A DNA stretch of 64,000 bases from Eledone cirrhosa (lineage: Eukaryota), in the NCBI GenBank assembly GCA_964016885.1, contig OZ024743.1, forward strand, positions 283,216,001 through 283,280,000, written 5' to 3'. Below, piece by piece: positions 11,885 to 25,649 of this stretch. How positions within the stretch are numbered: position 1 is the first letter of the stretch; each line of letters begins with the position of its first letter. A model generated the notes under the pieces. It worked only from the letters and a program-made list of their open reading frames with translations, was not told the origin of the DNA and ran no database searches. A program made the translations under genes and the position numbers.

Positions 11885-14745
11885 CTGACAATCACCTGAT
11901 CACCTATAGATCCGGGGAACACACAAGCCAGGTAGATTATATCCTTACCAGAAGACGTGACAGAGTGTCTGTTGTAAACACTAAATCCCTCCCCCATGAA
12001 GAATGCACCTCCCAACATAGACTGATAATTAGCGACCTCATAGTCAGGACGAGACGTACTCGACAGCAGAAGAGGACTATCCTCAGGAGAAAAATATGGA
12101 AGCTAAAGGACCCCACAGCCAGGAATAAATTTCAAAGCATATTACTTGATGCTTTCGACAGTAAGGAAGAACATTTAGAGTCGGACAATATAGAGGGAGA
12201 GTGGGAATTTCTGAAAGCAAACCTGCTGTTGGCGACAGACGAAGTCTGTGGCTGGAGCAGGCCTGTAGGCAGGAGGAGAGTAACATGGTGGTGGAACAGT
12301 AAGGTGGAGGGGTCAATTAAGGCCAAAAAGCAGGCTTGGAAAGTATGGCGGGATGGGGGAAGTAGAGAAGACTATCAAGTGGCCAGGAGGGAAGCTAGGA
12401 GACAGGTGTACTTAGCAAGAAGGGAAGCTGAGGAAAGAAAGTTCAAGCATGTTCTACAACGCGATGACCAAAAACGTGAGGTGTTCAGGATTGCTAGGCA
12501 ATGCGTCAAGGAAAACCGTGATATTGTCGGGGAGAAGTGTGTACTAAACGACGATGGCACACTTGCCATCACCGACGCTGATAAGAAGGTAGCTTGGAAG
12601 TGTCACTATGAAAGGCTACTAAATGAGGAGAATAAATGGGAGAAAGACAGTCTCCCCCATATCGACCCAATAGAGGGACCAGCAGTGTTAGTCGAGGGGA
12701 GTATAATAAGTAAGGCAATCAAGGATATGAAGACAGGTAAGGCGGCTGGGCCTTCGGAAATAGTTGCTGAGATGCTGAAGGCATCTGGCACGGTGGGACA
12801 CACCATGGTCACCCGCATAGTTAACCAAGTCGTACAGAATGGGGTTGTTCCGAAGGACTGGCATAGCAGCATCATCGTTAACTGTTATAAGGGTAAAGGA
12901 GACGCCCTAGATAGGAGTAACTATCGAGGCATTAAATTAATCGACCAGGTCATGAAGGTCACGGAAAAAGTAATAGCACAACTAATCAGAGAGAGAATTG
13001 ACCTAGATGAAATGCAGTTCGGGTTTGTGTCAGGCAAAAGTACCACAGACGCTCTTTTCATAGTACGACAACTACAGGAGAAGTACCTAGCTAAAGGTAA
13101 ACCCCTCTACTTAGCTTTTGTCGACTTGGAGAAAGCCTTCGACAGAGTCCCCCGCTCCATTATCTGGTGGGCTCTTAGAAAACTAGGCGTTGACGAATGG
13201 CTTGTGAGGGCTATACAAGCCATGTATAAAGAAACAGTCAGCAAGGTTAGAATTAACAACGAATATAGTGAAGAGTTTAGCGTAAAAGTTGGCGTCCATC
13301 AGGGCTCTGTTCTCAGCCCACTACTATTTATTATTGCCCTTCAGGCTATAACAGAGGAGTTCAAGACAGGCTGCCCATGGGGACTCCTATACGCAGACGA
13401 CCTGACACTCATAGCGGAATCAATGGCCGAGCTAGAGAAGAAATTCCAAACATGGAAGCACGGCCTAGAGTCAAAAGGACTTAAAATTAACCTGGCTAAG
13501 ACCAAAGTACTAGTTTGTAGGAAAGAAAACAAGGCGGCGGTCCCTTCTGGGAAATGGTCGTGCTCGGTGTGTAGGAAAGGCGTAGGTAGAAACTCCATTT
13601 TATGTCCTAAATGCAAAGTATGGATGCATAAAAGATGTAGTGGGATCACAGGTAAGCTAACTAAGAACATAGATTTTACATGTGGCCGGTGCTCTGGTGC
13701 AATAAGTAGCAGCAAGTGCCCACAAATACTAGCTCTTTCAATTGCGCAGAGGGTTCTATAGAAATAGTGGACAGCTTCCGTTACCTGGGCGATAAAATCA
13801 GCAGTGGGGGAGGGTGCTCTGAAAGTACTGTAGCTAGAGTCAGAACTGGTTGGAAAAAGTTCAGAGAGCTTATACCACTATTAGCTGCTAAAGGGTTCTC
13901 CCTAAAAATGAAAGGCAGGTTGTACAATGCCTGCATACGAACAGCAATGCTGCATGGCAGTGAGACCTGGGCATTGTGTGCAGAGGATATACGCAGACTA
14001 GAGAGGAACGAAGCTTGCATGCTCCGCTGGATGTGTAACAGTAATATACGTGAACAGCAAAGCATAAACGAACTAAGGAAAAAATTAGAGATAAGAGGGA
14101 TCAGATGTTGTTTACTCGAGAGAAGGCTACGTTGGTATGGACACGTGATGCGCATGAAAGTCGATAGCTGTATAACAAAGTGCAGGGCAATAAAGATAGA
14201 CGGTAGTCACGGAATAGGCAGACCTAGAAAAACCTGGGACGAGCTGATAAACTCCGACATCACACACTTACACCTCTCCAAGACAATGTCACTGGACCGA
14301 GACCTTTGGCGGTACTCAGTAACAGAGAAGACCCGCCTTACCTAAATATATAGTAAAACCTACTCCAGCCAGTAGGCATCTCTAACAAAATACACCCCGT
14401 CCCACCACCACCACCACCACCCCATCCACACCACCCCGTTCTATGTAAAGTTATGTTGGTGCCGCGCCATCGAGGCCGAAACAAATGAGATCGTGTAGGT
14501 GTCACGACAAAAAAACACACAGTCCACGCTGTAATGTGACCGTGTAGGCAACACGGTAAAAACCTCCCAGCCCCACACTGTAAATGTGGTTGGTGTTAGG
14601 AAGGGCATCCAACTGTAGAAAACCTGCCAGACAGTCCTATGCGAGCAAGACAATCACTCTTGCCTCAAGTGGGACTACCCCCGTCCAAACCCATGCAAGC
14701 GTGGAACACGGACGTTAAACGTTGATGATGATGATGATGATGATG

Positions 14746-14747
<2 letters not shown>
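11885..14747 (+). mobile_element. Young 5'-truncated RTE-clade LINE inserted in (TA)n
   Basis: APE C-terminus (ITYRSG..QVDYIL, SQH), RT, PHD finger, RTE C-terminus, about 400-bp 3'UTR and (GAT)n tail. Confidence 0.95.
11965..14345 (+). pseudogene. RTE ORF (RT + PHD) with one frameshift near 13720-13760
   Basis: NYRGIKL, QFGF, FVDLEKAFDRV, GVHQGSVLSPLLF, LLYADD, INLAKTK in 11965-13761. FRYLG, AMLHGSETW and RLRWYGHV in 13716-14345. Confidence 0.93.
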
Positions 14748-14776
<29 letters not shown>

Positions 14777-14860
14777 AAAGGTAAACAGAAATAACAACAC
14801 AATCGGTACAGTATATGGAAGGCATATATTAGGTTAATGCTTGATATAGCAGGAAGAGTG

Positions 14861-14896
14861 TCTTAACGTTTCGGACGCTAGTCCTTCATCAGAAGA
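14861..14896 (-). ncRNA. Minimal type I hammerhead ribozyme in a PLE pLTR remnant (14775-14990)
   Basis: UCUU-CUGAUGA-A-GGAC(UAGC)GUCC-GAAA-CG-UU-AAGA: stem I UCUU/AAGA, palindromic ACGU stem III. Confidence 0.7.
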
Positions 14897-15399
14897 AAGA
14901 ATGAGAAATAAAATAGATTGAGGGGACGGGCGGCGTGGAATTGGATAAAATGTCTTTAGATAAAAATAACAGATCCATTCATGTTGACATCTCATACATA
15001 TATATATATATGTGCATGTGTGTATGTGTGTGTGTGTGTGCATATGTGTGTGTGTGTGTGCATATGTGTGTGTATGTGTAGGTGTGTAAGTATGTGTGTA
15101 TACAGAGAGAGAGAGAGCAAAAGTAAGCCAAATCAATAAAGTGTACACACAAGAATTGACAGATGATTATTCCATCACTAATAATTTGCTATGTTTCTGT
15201 CAAAAATACAAAAATATTTAACACATTTACCTCAGCAGGCATTCAAGACAATACGTTTCTGTCATAACCTATTCCAGAAACCCATGTAAAATCACACACA
15301 GCCAATTTCCAAGGGTGTGTATATTCTTTCCCAGTACTCTACTGGCCTGAAAGCACACATATAATTACTGGAGTCTGTTTCTTTTAAAATTCATTTAAT

Positions 15400-15749
15400 T
15401 CATCATTTCATTTCATCATTTCATTTTACGTCCGCTTTTTCCCTGCTTGCAAGGGTGGGACGGTAACTGATTTTTGGCTTGATTTCTACAGCTGGATGCC
15501 CTTCCTAACACCAACCTCATTTACAGTGAGTGCTGGGTGCTTTTTTGCCATGGCACCTCCACGACCACTTTGCAGTGGAATTATAGGGACACCAGTCCCT
15601 ATCATCTCATTTCTACAGCTGAGTAAACTGGAGCAATGTGAAATAAAGTGTCTTGCTCAAGGTAACAACACATCACCCGGTCTGAGAATTGAACTCACAA
15701 CCTTTCGATTGAAAGCCTAATGCTCTAACCACTAAGCCATGTGCCTCCA
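15400..15749 (-). mobile_element. tRNA-derived SINE, same family as 5197-5540
   Basis: Colinear reverse complement over its full length. Confidence 0.85.
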
Positions 15750-15809
15750 TTAATTGTTTCTGATAAGGTATTAACAAAAGTACAGCCAACACCTTTATTT
15801 TCTTCTTAA

Positions 15810-16002
15810 CCCTTTAGCATTTAAACCTGCTGTATCTGACCAGAATTCTCTCACCTCTTTCTGTTCAAACTGACTATAACTGATATTAAGGTATTGTTCG
15901 CAAAATAAATAATATCAAAATCTCATAGATTCAACATTATGTGAGATATTATGTAAGGTAAAGCCTTTACCATGAAAATAGAGTAATGTAAATGCTAAAG
16001 GG
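15810..16002. mobile_element. piggyBac-type MITE
   Basis: TTAA|CCCTTTAGCATTTA ... TAAATGCTAAAGGG|TTAA. Confidence 0.8.
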
Positions 16003-16654
16003 TTAACATAGGAAACTTATTAATTCTGTTTGCCATTAACCCAACACAATAGCTAATCATTAAACATTACAAACACACATACCAGACCCATTCCCAGACA
16101 ATCAGAAAGAAAAAAGTAAAAAAATAGGAAAAAAACTTAAAGCACATCATCAACCAGGCTAATATCATTATCTGAGTTGATGGAGGTAAGACATGCTCTG
16201 TGTTGCCTACTTTATGTCTATATTGTCAGTAATGTTAGAGGAAAAATTGAGATCTATGGATCACTCATAAGTCAATAATTGCTGTATTTTAAATACTCAT
16301 TCAATTTCATACCAATAATATCATTCTGGAAGCTAGCCTAACTTAGCTCCAATCAAGGCTAAACATATATACCTGAAAAAAAAAGTGAACCTCAAAGCCA
16401 ATAGGTTTCAAATAATTACCATATTCAGGATAGTCAAAAAAAGTTGTAACTATTTCATAAAACATGAAGTGTTAATGGACAAGGAATTATTGCTGGAGAT
16501 AACAAATGCAAGAGGCAAAAATGGAAATAGAAGGAAATTTATTAAATAACTTTTCAATAAACATTGAAGATCAACTGACAAACTAACTTTATCTTTTATT
16601 TATTTTTTTAATTAATCAATTTATTTATTTATTTATTTATTTATTTATTATTAT

Positions 16655-16880
16655 TGTGGGTGGTGCATTAACAATATTGACAGAGTGTCAGAGAACATGC
16701 TTTGTGGCATATAGTTACATCTCTTTACATTCTGAGTTCAAATCCTGCTAAAGTTAGCTTTACCTTTCATCCTTACGGGGTTGGTAAAATAAAGTGCCAG
16801 TAATGCACTGTGGTCTATTTCATCGACTTTCCCCTCAAAATTGCTGACCTTGTGCCTAAATCAGAAACCATTATTATTAT
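16655..16880 (+). mobile_element. tRNA-derived SINE with Meta-domain-like middle
   Basis: GAGTTCAAATCC B box, CCTTTCATCCTTACGGGGT..AAAATAAAGT.CCAG and (ATT)n tail. Further copies near 24655, 35060, 37560, 42985, 43180, 46280, 48270, 58090 and 59200 (+), and 22940 (-). Confidence 0.75.
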
Positions 16881-17047
16881 TACTTTTTATTTATTTATCT
16901 TTATGTTTAATCAGAGATGAAAGTGCAGTGTCTGTAATACTTTTCAGTGTTTCTGAGACAGGTGAGGAGCAGAGAGAAAGGTACTTGCAACAGGTTGGAT
17001 TCCACAAGAGGCAGCCAAAGCCAATGTTAAATCAGGCAACCAATTAT

Positions 17048-17248
17048 CCCTTTAGCATTTAAACCAGCCATATCTGGCCAGAATTCTCTCACCTCTTTCT
17101 GTTCAAACCAGCTGTAACCAGCCGCTCATACTGATTTTAAGGTATTGTTCTCAAAATAAATAATACCAAAATCTCATAGATTCGATATTATGTGATATAT
17201 TATAAGAAAACATAATAGCAAATATAGAGTAACGTAAATTCTAAAGAG
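17048..17248. mobile_element. piggyBac-type MITE, same family as 15810
   Basis: Same TIR and internal sequence; TTAA on the right side. Confidence 0.75.
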
Positions 17249-17399
17249 TTAAGTCTACCAGCTGAGCTGTTCACACTGGGGTTTGAACTCAGAAGGCAAA
17301 AAGCATTTTGCGGTGTGATCTTATGACTCTGTCAATTCATTGCATTCATTTCTGATTGATTAAACAATTTTTGAGGCTGTGCTCTGTGAAAGGAACAAG

Positions 17400-17900
17400 T
17401 CATGGAATGGAATAGAGAGGACAAAGAAGAAGGTGGATATGGTCAACTCAGAGTATGACAACATAAATATACCAGAGTGAGATGTTTGTAGATGCTACTC
17501 CTAGATGCAAACCAGCTTATAGATTTAGAAGGGCTTTAGATAAACTAAAATTTAAGATTAAGCTAGTAGAACCAGGTATCTCTATCAAATTCGTAATCAG
17601 TGAAACTTACCTTTTTAGGAAAAGCCTGATAGAAATTGAGCAGTCTGTAAGGTAAGCCCACAGATGAATTGTAGCACTAGAAATGGGGTATAAAGCATAA
17701 GATGCATAGAGGAACAATGTAGTAACATGACCATGATGTACAAGGAAGAAATAGCTCATGGTGTAAGAGAAAGGATGAAAGATCAATGGCAGGAATTCCA
17801 AGACAAGAAAAACTCGCCAGTGCTCTATCAATATGCTAAACTAGAGCATGGTTGCTCAATGGAAAACATTGAAATGAAAATCCTATCCACACATAGAGCC
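17400..17900 (+). pseudogene. Old fragment of the PLE family found at 51429-54526 (linker + GIY-YIG)
   Basis: WNGIERT..MFVDATPR..AYRFRRALDK..NCSTRN..SIRC..QDKKNSPVLYQYAKLEH aligns to the C-terminus of the 770-aa ORF. Confidence 0.75.
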
Positions 17901-19129
17901 AATGAGTATGGGGTGATATTTAGAGTAGAGTGGGTGGATAGGTGAGTGGGGATCCTGAGTAGAGTATGGGTGTTGGGATTTAGAAGGGTTAGAAGTGATC
18001 CTGATAAATATATTGTCATCATTATCATAATTTAATGGCCATTTTCCTTGCCAGTGAGGGCTGAACAGAGCCTGCATCTTATTCACATAACATACCACAC
18101 TCTAGTGAGTGCATTAGAAAGGTGTGTCTTTGACACAACTGAAGGGTCCTTTTGACCTTTTTGACATGGTTTCTACAATGCCAACCACATTACAGGGTGT
18201 ACTGGGTGTATTTTTGTGGCACTAGCACTAGAGAGGCTGGAAGCACCTTCCTCCACCACCTCTGTTCCACAGCAGGTGGGGGTGAAGAAGGAAGATAAGT
18301 TTGATGTTATGGATGTATGACAAGTGTGGTGGGATTTGACAGTGATGAGTAAAAAGGAAGGAGTGACCACCTACTCAAAACCTAACCCTATTAGGGGGAT
18401 TAGTCTTAGGTGTGTCAGGAGTTTTAGAGGTGGGACTTAGTGAGAATAACTAAGGAGTGGTAGAGGAGGTGGCATGGATCATCATCATCATCGTTTAACG
18501 TCTATCTTCCATGCTAGCATGGGTTTAGATATATATATATATATACAGAGAGAGTGGGGAGTGAGGAGAGTAAGAAAAGGAAAATAGCAGTTGCCTAAAA
18601 TGAGATGTTCAGAGAAACCAATGACTTTATTTTTCATCACAAGGACATTAATGATTTGTCAACACACATTTAACTTTTTAACTGTTTATTCATTGTCTTC
18701 GTCTTGTGTGTACCCTATTTTGAAACTATATTCCAAAGACTTTGTCATGCGCGAACTTTTATTGAAACTATCATATAATAGACATCACACTGCCCAGCCT
18801 GTTTTCTTCTATTCTCCCTTGTATGCCTCAGTGTCATTCTTCTTTGACTGCATGTTATACTACAGCCTTTAATATTCTCTACTGTTTGACTATTTCTCTT
18901 GTTTCTATACTTTTTTTCTCCTTTGGTTAAGCCTGTGCACATTCTATATTTATGTAATTTACCTAAAGACATAACTTGTCTCTACCTGTTTTGTTATGTC
19001 CCCTGTGTGCACTGGAATGAATGATATCAACCTTAATATACCGAAACCATAGTTATTTCTAGAGGTTGACTAGGAGACGGGACTGTCCGTCTTTCCGTTG
19101 TTTTTTCCATCTCTCTCTCTCTATGTGTA

Positions 19130-19199
<70 letters not shown>

Positions 19200-19763
19200 T
19201 ACACATAGAGAGAGAGAGAGGACGGGGGAATATAAGTGAGGCTTACAGCAGCTATAAGATATAGAAATACTATAGTTATGAATCAATTTAACTTGCTATG
19301 ATGACTCAGCTATTTGACAAGCTTTCTATTGTTACTGAGCTACAACTGTCCTAGGATAAAGCATTTGATGTATTATGAATGAAACAAAAAATAACAACAA
19401 TAAACAGAAAAGAAAACAAAACTAAGTGCATTTGAGGTGCATTACTGAGTTACTGCCCCTTAGGGATGGATTTACAATCCTCAACAATGTTGTGACAGTT
19501 TACTTTCAATTAACAGTAGATGTTAACACCTTTAATGATGATGTAAATAACAATGATGTCAATGATGATAATAATGATGATGAGAATGTTAATGATGATG
19601 ATGATGATAATGCTAATGATGATAATGATGATGTAATGGGGAGTCATTAGTCCTCACACGGGACACGTTTTCTTGGCACAATAAAACACACCCAGTAACT
19701 TTATAAACTGATTAGTCATAAGAAGGATATCCAGCCATAGAAAACAGGCCAAAATCAAACATA

Positions 19764-19961
19764 CATGGGTCAGCTATAAAATTCATAGGTTCACTATGAA
19801 GGAGTGATGCTAGAGCTGTGAAATCTTAAATGCATTAATTTCAACTTTTCTTATTAATAACTGTATTGTTTCTTTCTAGGGATCATTTTGAAAATTAAAC
19901 CTCATCGGGGCATGCCATGGGAGTATCTTGGTCAGCCTATGAACTATTCAGCCAACTCTCG
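19764..19961. mobile_element. Tc1/mariner-type MITE, complete
   Basis: TA|CATGGGTCAGCTATAAAATTCATAGG ... CCTATGAACTATTCAGCCAACTCTCG|TA. Confidence 0.75.
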
Positions 19962-21042
19962 TAAATGTAAGATATGGTATCTGCAAGCTGTTTAGGAGGG
20001 CAGTGATTTCAAATAAGAACTGACGCAGGATAGAAGGAACTCTTTAGTTAATTTCATATGGGACAACCCCTCTAGTGTTGATGACATGTTTAAATGCATG
20101 CAATATACTCTAGAAAGTAGTTGGTGAAAGGAAAGGCTTTCAGTCACACTGTCGCTCACTCCACACTGTAAAGTGGTTCTGTTGATGACACAACAAAAAG
20201 TACCTAGTCCACACAGTAAAGTGATTGCTTTAGTGCTACAATAAAAAGCACTCAGTACATACTGTAAATGTGGTTGGTATTAGGAAAATCATCCAGCTGT
20301 AGAAACCAAGCCAGAGTCAGTTCTATATGAACAAGACACGGTCATCTGATCGGGACAACTCCTCTAACCCATGCTAGCATGGAAAATAAACATTAAACGG
20401 TGGTGATTATGCTGATGATGATGATAATGATAAATAAAATTCAAGAGCAAGACATGAACTCAATGAACCCTGGAGAAGTAACTCTGAAGAAGAATTGATG
20501 CAAACTATGAAGACTCTTCCAACTCTTGTCAGTATGAAAAAAAGGAATGTAAAAACGACAATGATGATAATGACGATCAAATACTGCACGTTTTTTAAAC
20601 TTATCATATTTGCATACTTCATATGTAAGGCTGCAAAACTAAAATAAACAACCACTGATAGAGAGCAATATGGGTTAGATCCTAATTAAAATGATTGTAT
20701 GTACTGAAGAGATGAGGAAATATAGAAAAGAGCAAAAAGAAAGGTAATAATAAAACAAGAAGCAATAAAGAAGCAATCCAAATTAAAACAGGAGACATAG
20801 GGTAAAAATAGTGAGAGAACATAGAAATAAGAAGAGTAAAGAAAGGAAAATAAATAAATGAGAATAGTGATAATAATGATGGTGGTGGTGGTAGTGGTGG
20901 TAGTGGTAGTGGTGAAGACGGTGAATATGATGATGATGATATAATGGTGGTGGTGGTGATGGCAATGATGAGGACGATGATTGTGATAACAATGACAGTG
21001 ACAATGATGATGATGAGGAGGAGGGGGAGGTGATAGAAGAAT

Positions 21043-21143
<101 letters not shown>

Positions 21144-21422
21144 ATTGGATATTATGAGGGACAGATTGTATATTAAATTGGACAGAGGTATTTAATGAAA
21201 CCTCAGAACCAAATAAATTGGTCCCAATGTGACAGATATATGGAAATAGATCTTCATTAATACAGTAAACCATTAATTGACATATCAGTCTCACCTTTGA
21301 ACTCAGATGCCTTATTATCATCATGATCATCATTATCATCATCATCATCGTCATCATTATCATGTCACCAATACAAGAGAGGTTGTTGTGCCATTGACAC
21401 AAGTGAAGAGCCCTCTCACCTT

Positions 21423-21672
<250 letters not shown>

Positions 21673-24050
21673 TTGGCACAAGTGAAAAGTCCTCCTACTC
21701 GTTTTTTTGGCCCAATGTGGCTTATCAATCATGAATGTATGTAACATTAGAAAACATATTTCTGTATATCTATATATTTTAGTGTTTTCTTACTCCAGCT
21801 TTGAATAACTTAATTAAATAGCTTTGTTTTACTATTTCATAGCTAATACACATAGCCTACTCTCAAAATATCTCTTCCTTTTTTATATTTCATAGCTTAT
21901 AGGCATAGCCAATTCTCAACATTTTATGTCCCTAATTAATTCCATGTTCAAATTCTGTCTCGGTATTCCATATTTATAATTAGATACACTCTATTTCAAT
22001 TAATTATTGAAGAATTTTGAGAGATTTATTAAAAGTATTAATTATTTCGTTACTAAGATTGTAACTCAGCATATGGTTTTTATTTTTTATTTTTTAATTA
22101 TGTTGGAAGATTCTAATTTTAAATGAGTGGTTTTTGTTTCATAAAATCAGAGATTGTTTTGGCCAGGTTTGTATAAAAAAAGTTAAAATCATTCTGGAGC
22201 CTAGACACTTATCAGGCCGAAGCTTATTCCAGTTTCAGGAGATGCTAAGCAAGTAAGAGTACAGGACTCTTCCTTGAAAGGATGTAAGTCACTGCAAAGT
22301 TAAAACCTAGTTATTGCTGGTATTCATGTTTTCATTTGACTAAACTGATGCACTGTGAAATAAAGTGTTATGTGAAAGGCCACAACATGCCACCCAGTTT
22401 AGCATTCAAAGTCCAGACCTTGTAAACATGAGCACAAAACCTTAACCACTAGTCCATGTACCTTTACATTCTTCTTCAAATTTACATTCCAGTCTATTTG
22501 TCTAATAACTGTCAGATATGTCACTTATATTACAGGGAATTGACACTTTGCAAATCACATTTATTGAAACAATATCATTAGTTTTAAACATTTCGTGTTG
22601 GCATGGGTTGAATGAGATTTTCTGAGGTAATTTTTTCTGTAGATAGATGCCCTTACTGAAGTGAAGAAATGCCTTACACTGGACCAACCCCACTCTCTGA
22701 ACAATGGTGACAGGAATCCAAAAAGAGCAGGTCAACATCATTGCCTGTCACTGAGTTACAGGTTTTACATCAGTTTTCCTTCTCCTAGAATAATTTCCTA
22801 ACAAGAACCAGGGATCTCTCACTCCTAGTGGACTAACCGCATGCTTGGGCACCAAACCAAGTATTTCACTTACATATATGCCAGCATGGAAAGCAGATAT
22901 ATAATGATGATAAAGCAGACATAAAATGATGATAATGATAATTGTTTCTATTTTTGACACAAGGCCAGCAATTATCCTAGTGCATTACTTGTACTTTATT
23001 TTATCGACGCCGTAAAGATGAAAGGCAAAGCTAACCTAATGATGGTATATACAATACGCTTTCTCAGAAATTTTCTATCTACTTTTCTATCTAAGACAAC
23101 AGTAAAAGACACTTGCCAAAATACCATGAAGGGGAATGAAACACAAAACCATGATTGCAAAGCAAACTTCTTAACCAACCATACAGTTATGCCTGAGCTT
23201 ATAGAATTCCTTTCATATCTTCTCTACCATCCCTGTGCCTATTTTTCCTTTCACACACTTGATCTGCTGTTCATATGGGTTTCCCTTGATAGTTATACTA
23301 ATCTACCATTTCACAGTAAACTTTGAGTTAGGATTGATGTCAACTCTTAATGTCCTCTACCACATGAAAGCAGATTAGCAAAATATTCTTAAAATGTACA
23401 AAACAGTTCTATAACTGCATCACATCAAAAATTAAAGTCTCTAAAACTGCAAATGTTCACAGTGATCTATCTACAAGTAAAGATGCTTTAAACATTTGAA
23501 TTAACAAACCCATTTTAGATATGTTCTGCTAAATCATTATAGAATGTTAAGTGTCTAAATTTATGATTAGATTTGTGAGTTTTGATTTATGATAATATTT
23601 ACTATAATGATTCACTTGTGACATCTCAATCAAAGGTGGAACCTCTTCATGCAAGAGTTATCTCTGGTTTATCTATATTTCTTTTGATCCATTACAAACT
23701 GCATGTGCACACATGAGATTTTAATAGCAATATTTCAATTCAATGAATGTATTAGCATGTTTAATCAACAATGAAGTGATATGGTATGGAGCAGACCTTT
23801 GCTTTCCAAACAAAATGTTGAAGTTATACACACCTTCAAACATCTTAAAAGAGAAATTATTAGGCTGATTCTATACTAGTAAATCAATGTGCCTTTAATG
23901 AAATATTTCATTGCAAATCTTTCAGTCCCAATTGCAAATAATTTTTATCAGATAATGAATGCATTAACGTTAACCCTTTCTAGTTCAGAGTTTGCATTTA
24001 GCAGTTAGAAAATCACATAAAATAGGTTACAGCAGTGAAGAAAGCTTTAA

Positions 24051-24260
24051 CCCTTTAGCATTTACATTACTCTATATTTACTACATTATATTTTCACGGT
24101 AAAGGCTTTATCTCACATAATATCAAATCTATGAGATTTTGATATTATTTATTTTGAAAACAATACTTTATCATAAGTATGAGTGACCGGTTACAGCAGG
24201 TTTGAACAGAAAGAGGTGAGAGAATTCTGGCTGGATACGGCCATTTTAAAGGCTAATCGG
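24051..24260. mobile_element. piggyBac-type MITE, reverse orientation
   Basis: TTAA flanks. Internal sequence is the reverse complement of the 60256 copy. Confidence 0.75.
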
Positions 24261-25032
24261 TTAAATAGTTGGAATTTAACTAACTTAAAATCTTCTTTAA
24301 ATATGTATTTGAAAAGGTTAAACTCCATATTTTATCAGAGTTCTACCTGGTTGAATGCTTTGTGGTTAAGGGTGGTGTGCTCACAATTGTAAAGTCATAA
24401 GATTAATTGTTGGACCAGGTAGCACGATGTGTCCTTTATTTCACAATACTCTAATCCACTCAACTGGCTAAAATGAGTTTTGATGATACTGGTGCCATGC
24501 TGTATCAGATTTTGCCTTTCTCTTTGACAACATCAGTAGTGTGGAGAAACGAACCTTGTGTGTATGAACGATTGCTGGCCTCCTACAAAACACATTCCCT
24601 AGGCTTTGGAGAGACAAACCCATGGTCAGTTATGATCTTTTCATTTGTTTTTTACTTGGAAATTGGCAGAGTCTTTAGGGTGTCAGATTAGATGCTTCAG
24701 TATATTTTCAGTTCACCGTAATCTGAGTTCAAATCCCTCTGAGGTCAACTTTGACTTTCATCCCTATGGGGTCAATAAATAAAGTACCAGCAGTAGCAGA
24801 TTGGCAGAATTGTTAAGGATTTGATGCTTTGCAATACCTAATCTGGTTCTGTGCATTCTGAATTCATATGCTGCCAGGAGTTGTGACCGATAAATACTAT
24901 TGGCTATGGAATTACCAATGGAAGCATAGTTTTCTTTCACAATATAAGTTTCAAAATTTCATGAAAGCCCCAAAATGACTATATATATATATATATATAT
25001 ATATAATTATATAATAAACAGCACAATATAAT

Positions 25033-25106
25033 TATTCCATTACCTAAGGTTTCATCAAACTAGATGATTTTAACAGAAACGTCTAGTACGCTCATCAGAT
25101 AAAATA
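25033..25106 (-). ncRNA. Type I hammerhead-like motif between (TA)n tracts
   Basis: UAUUUUAU-CUGAUGA-[ACUAGA..UCUAGU stem]-GAAA-CCUUAGG-UA-AUGGAAUA. The base of stem II is imperfect. Confidence 0.55.
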
Positions 25107-25649
25107 TTTATCTATATATATATATAGCATCATTTTTATGTCCACTTTTCCATGAATATAATATTATAATACAGCTTTAGCTAAAGCAGCCCATGGCCAA
25201 ATTATCAGTTATAACTCTAGGGGTCATGATAGAGATGACCTCCAAAGAAATTCACCAAATAATCTCGGGAAGAGGGGAACCCACGTAACACAGAAAGGGT
25301 TGAACCTAGTGCACCTAAAACTCCGGAATCTAGCACCATGATGCCTGCGGGAAAGACACATACCCTTTGGCATGCGAATAAACACAATATGCAAAGAGGA
25401 TCTAGTGATGATACAAACCCCATTGGCCCCAGCATCCACAACCACAGGACACCGACTGGGATAGATGGTGGAATACTCCAACGTCGAAACTCCAGTGAGG
25501 GCTAGCATCAACCCACCAGCAGGGACAGAGCAGCAAGCAGAAACCGTAACATGCAACAGGACAGCATCAGGCTGGAGGCCGAAGGACCCCACCAACTCCT
25601 CAATGGCCTGATGCATACTCAACCCACATACCTAGGTCTAGACATAGAA

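Noticed and set aside
10720-14990. Inverted pLTR remnants as the ends of one composite element
   Set aside because: They point inward and are clearly diverged from each other; independent insertions are more likely.
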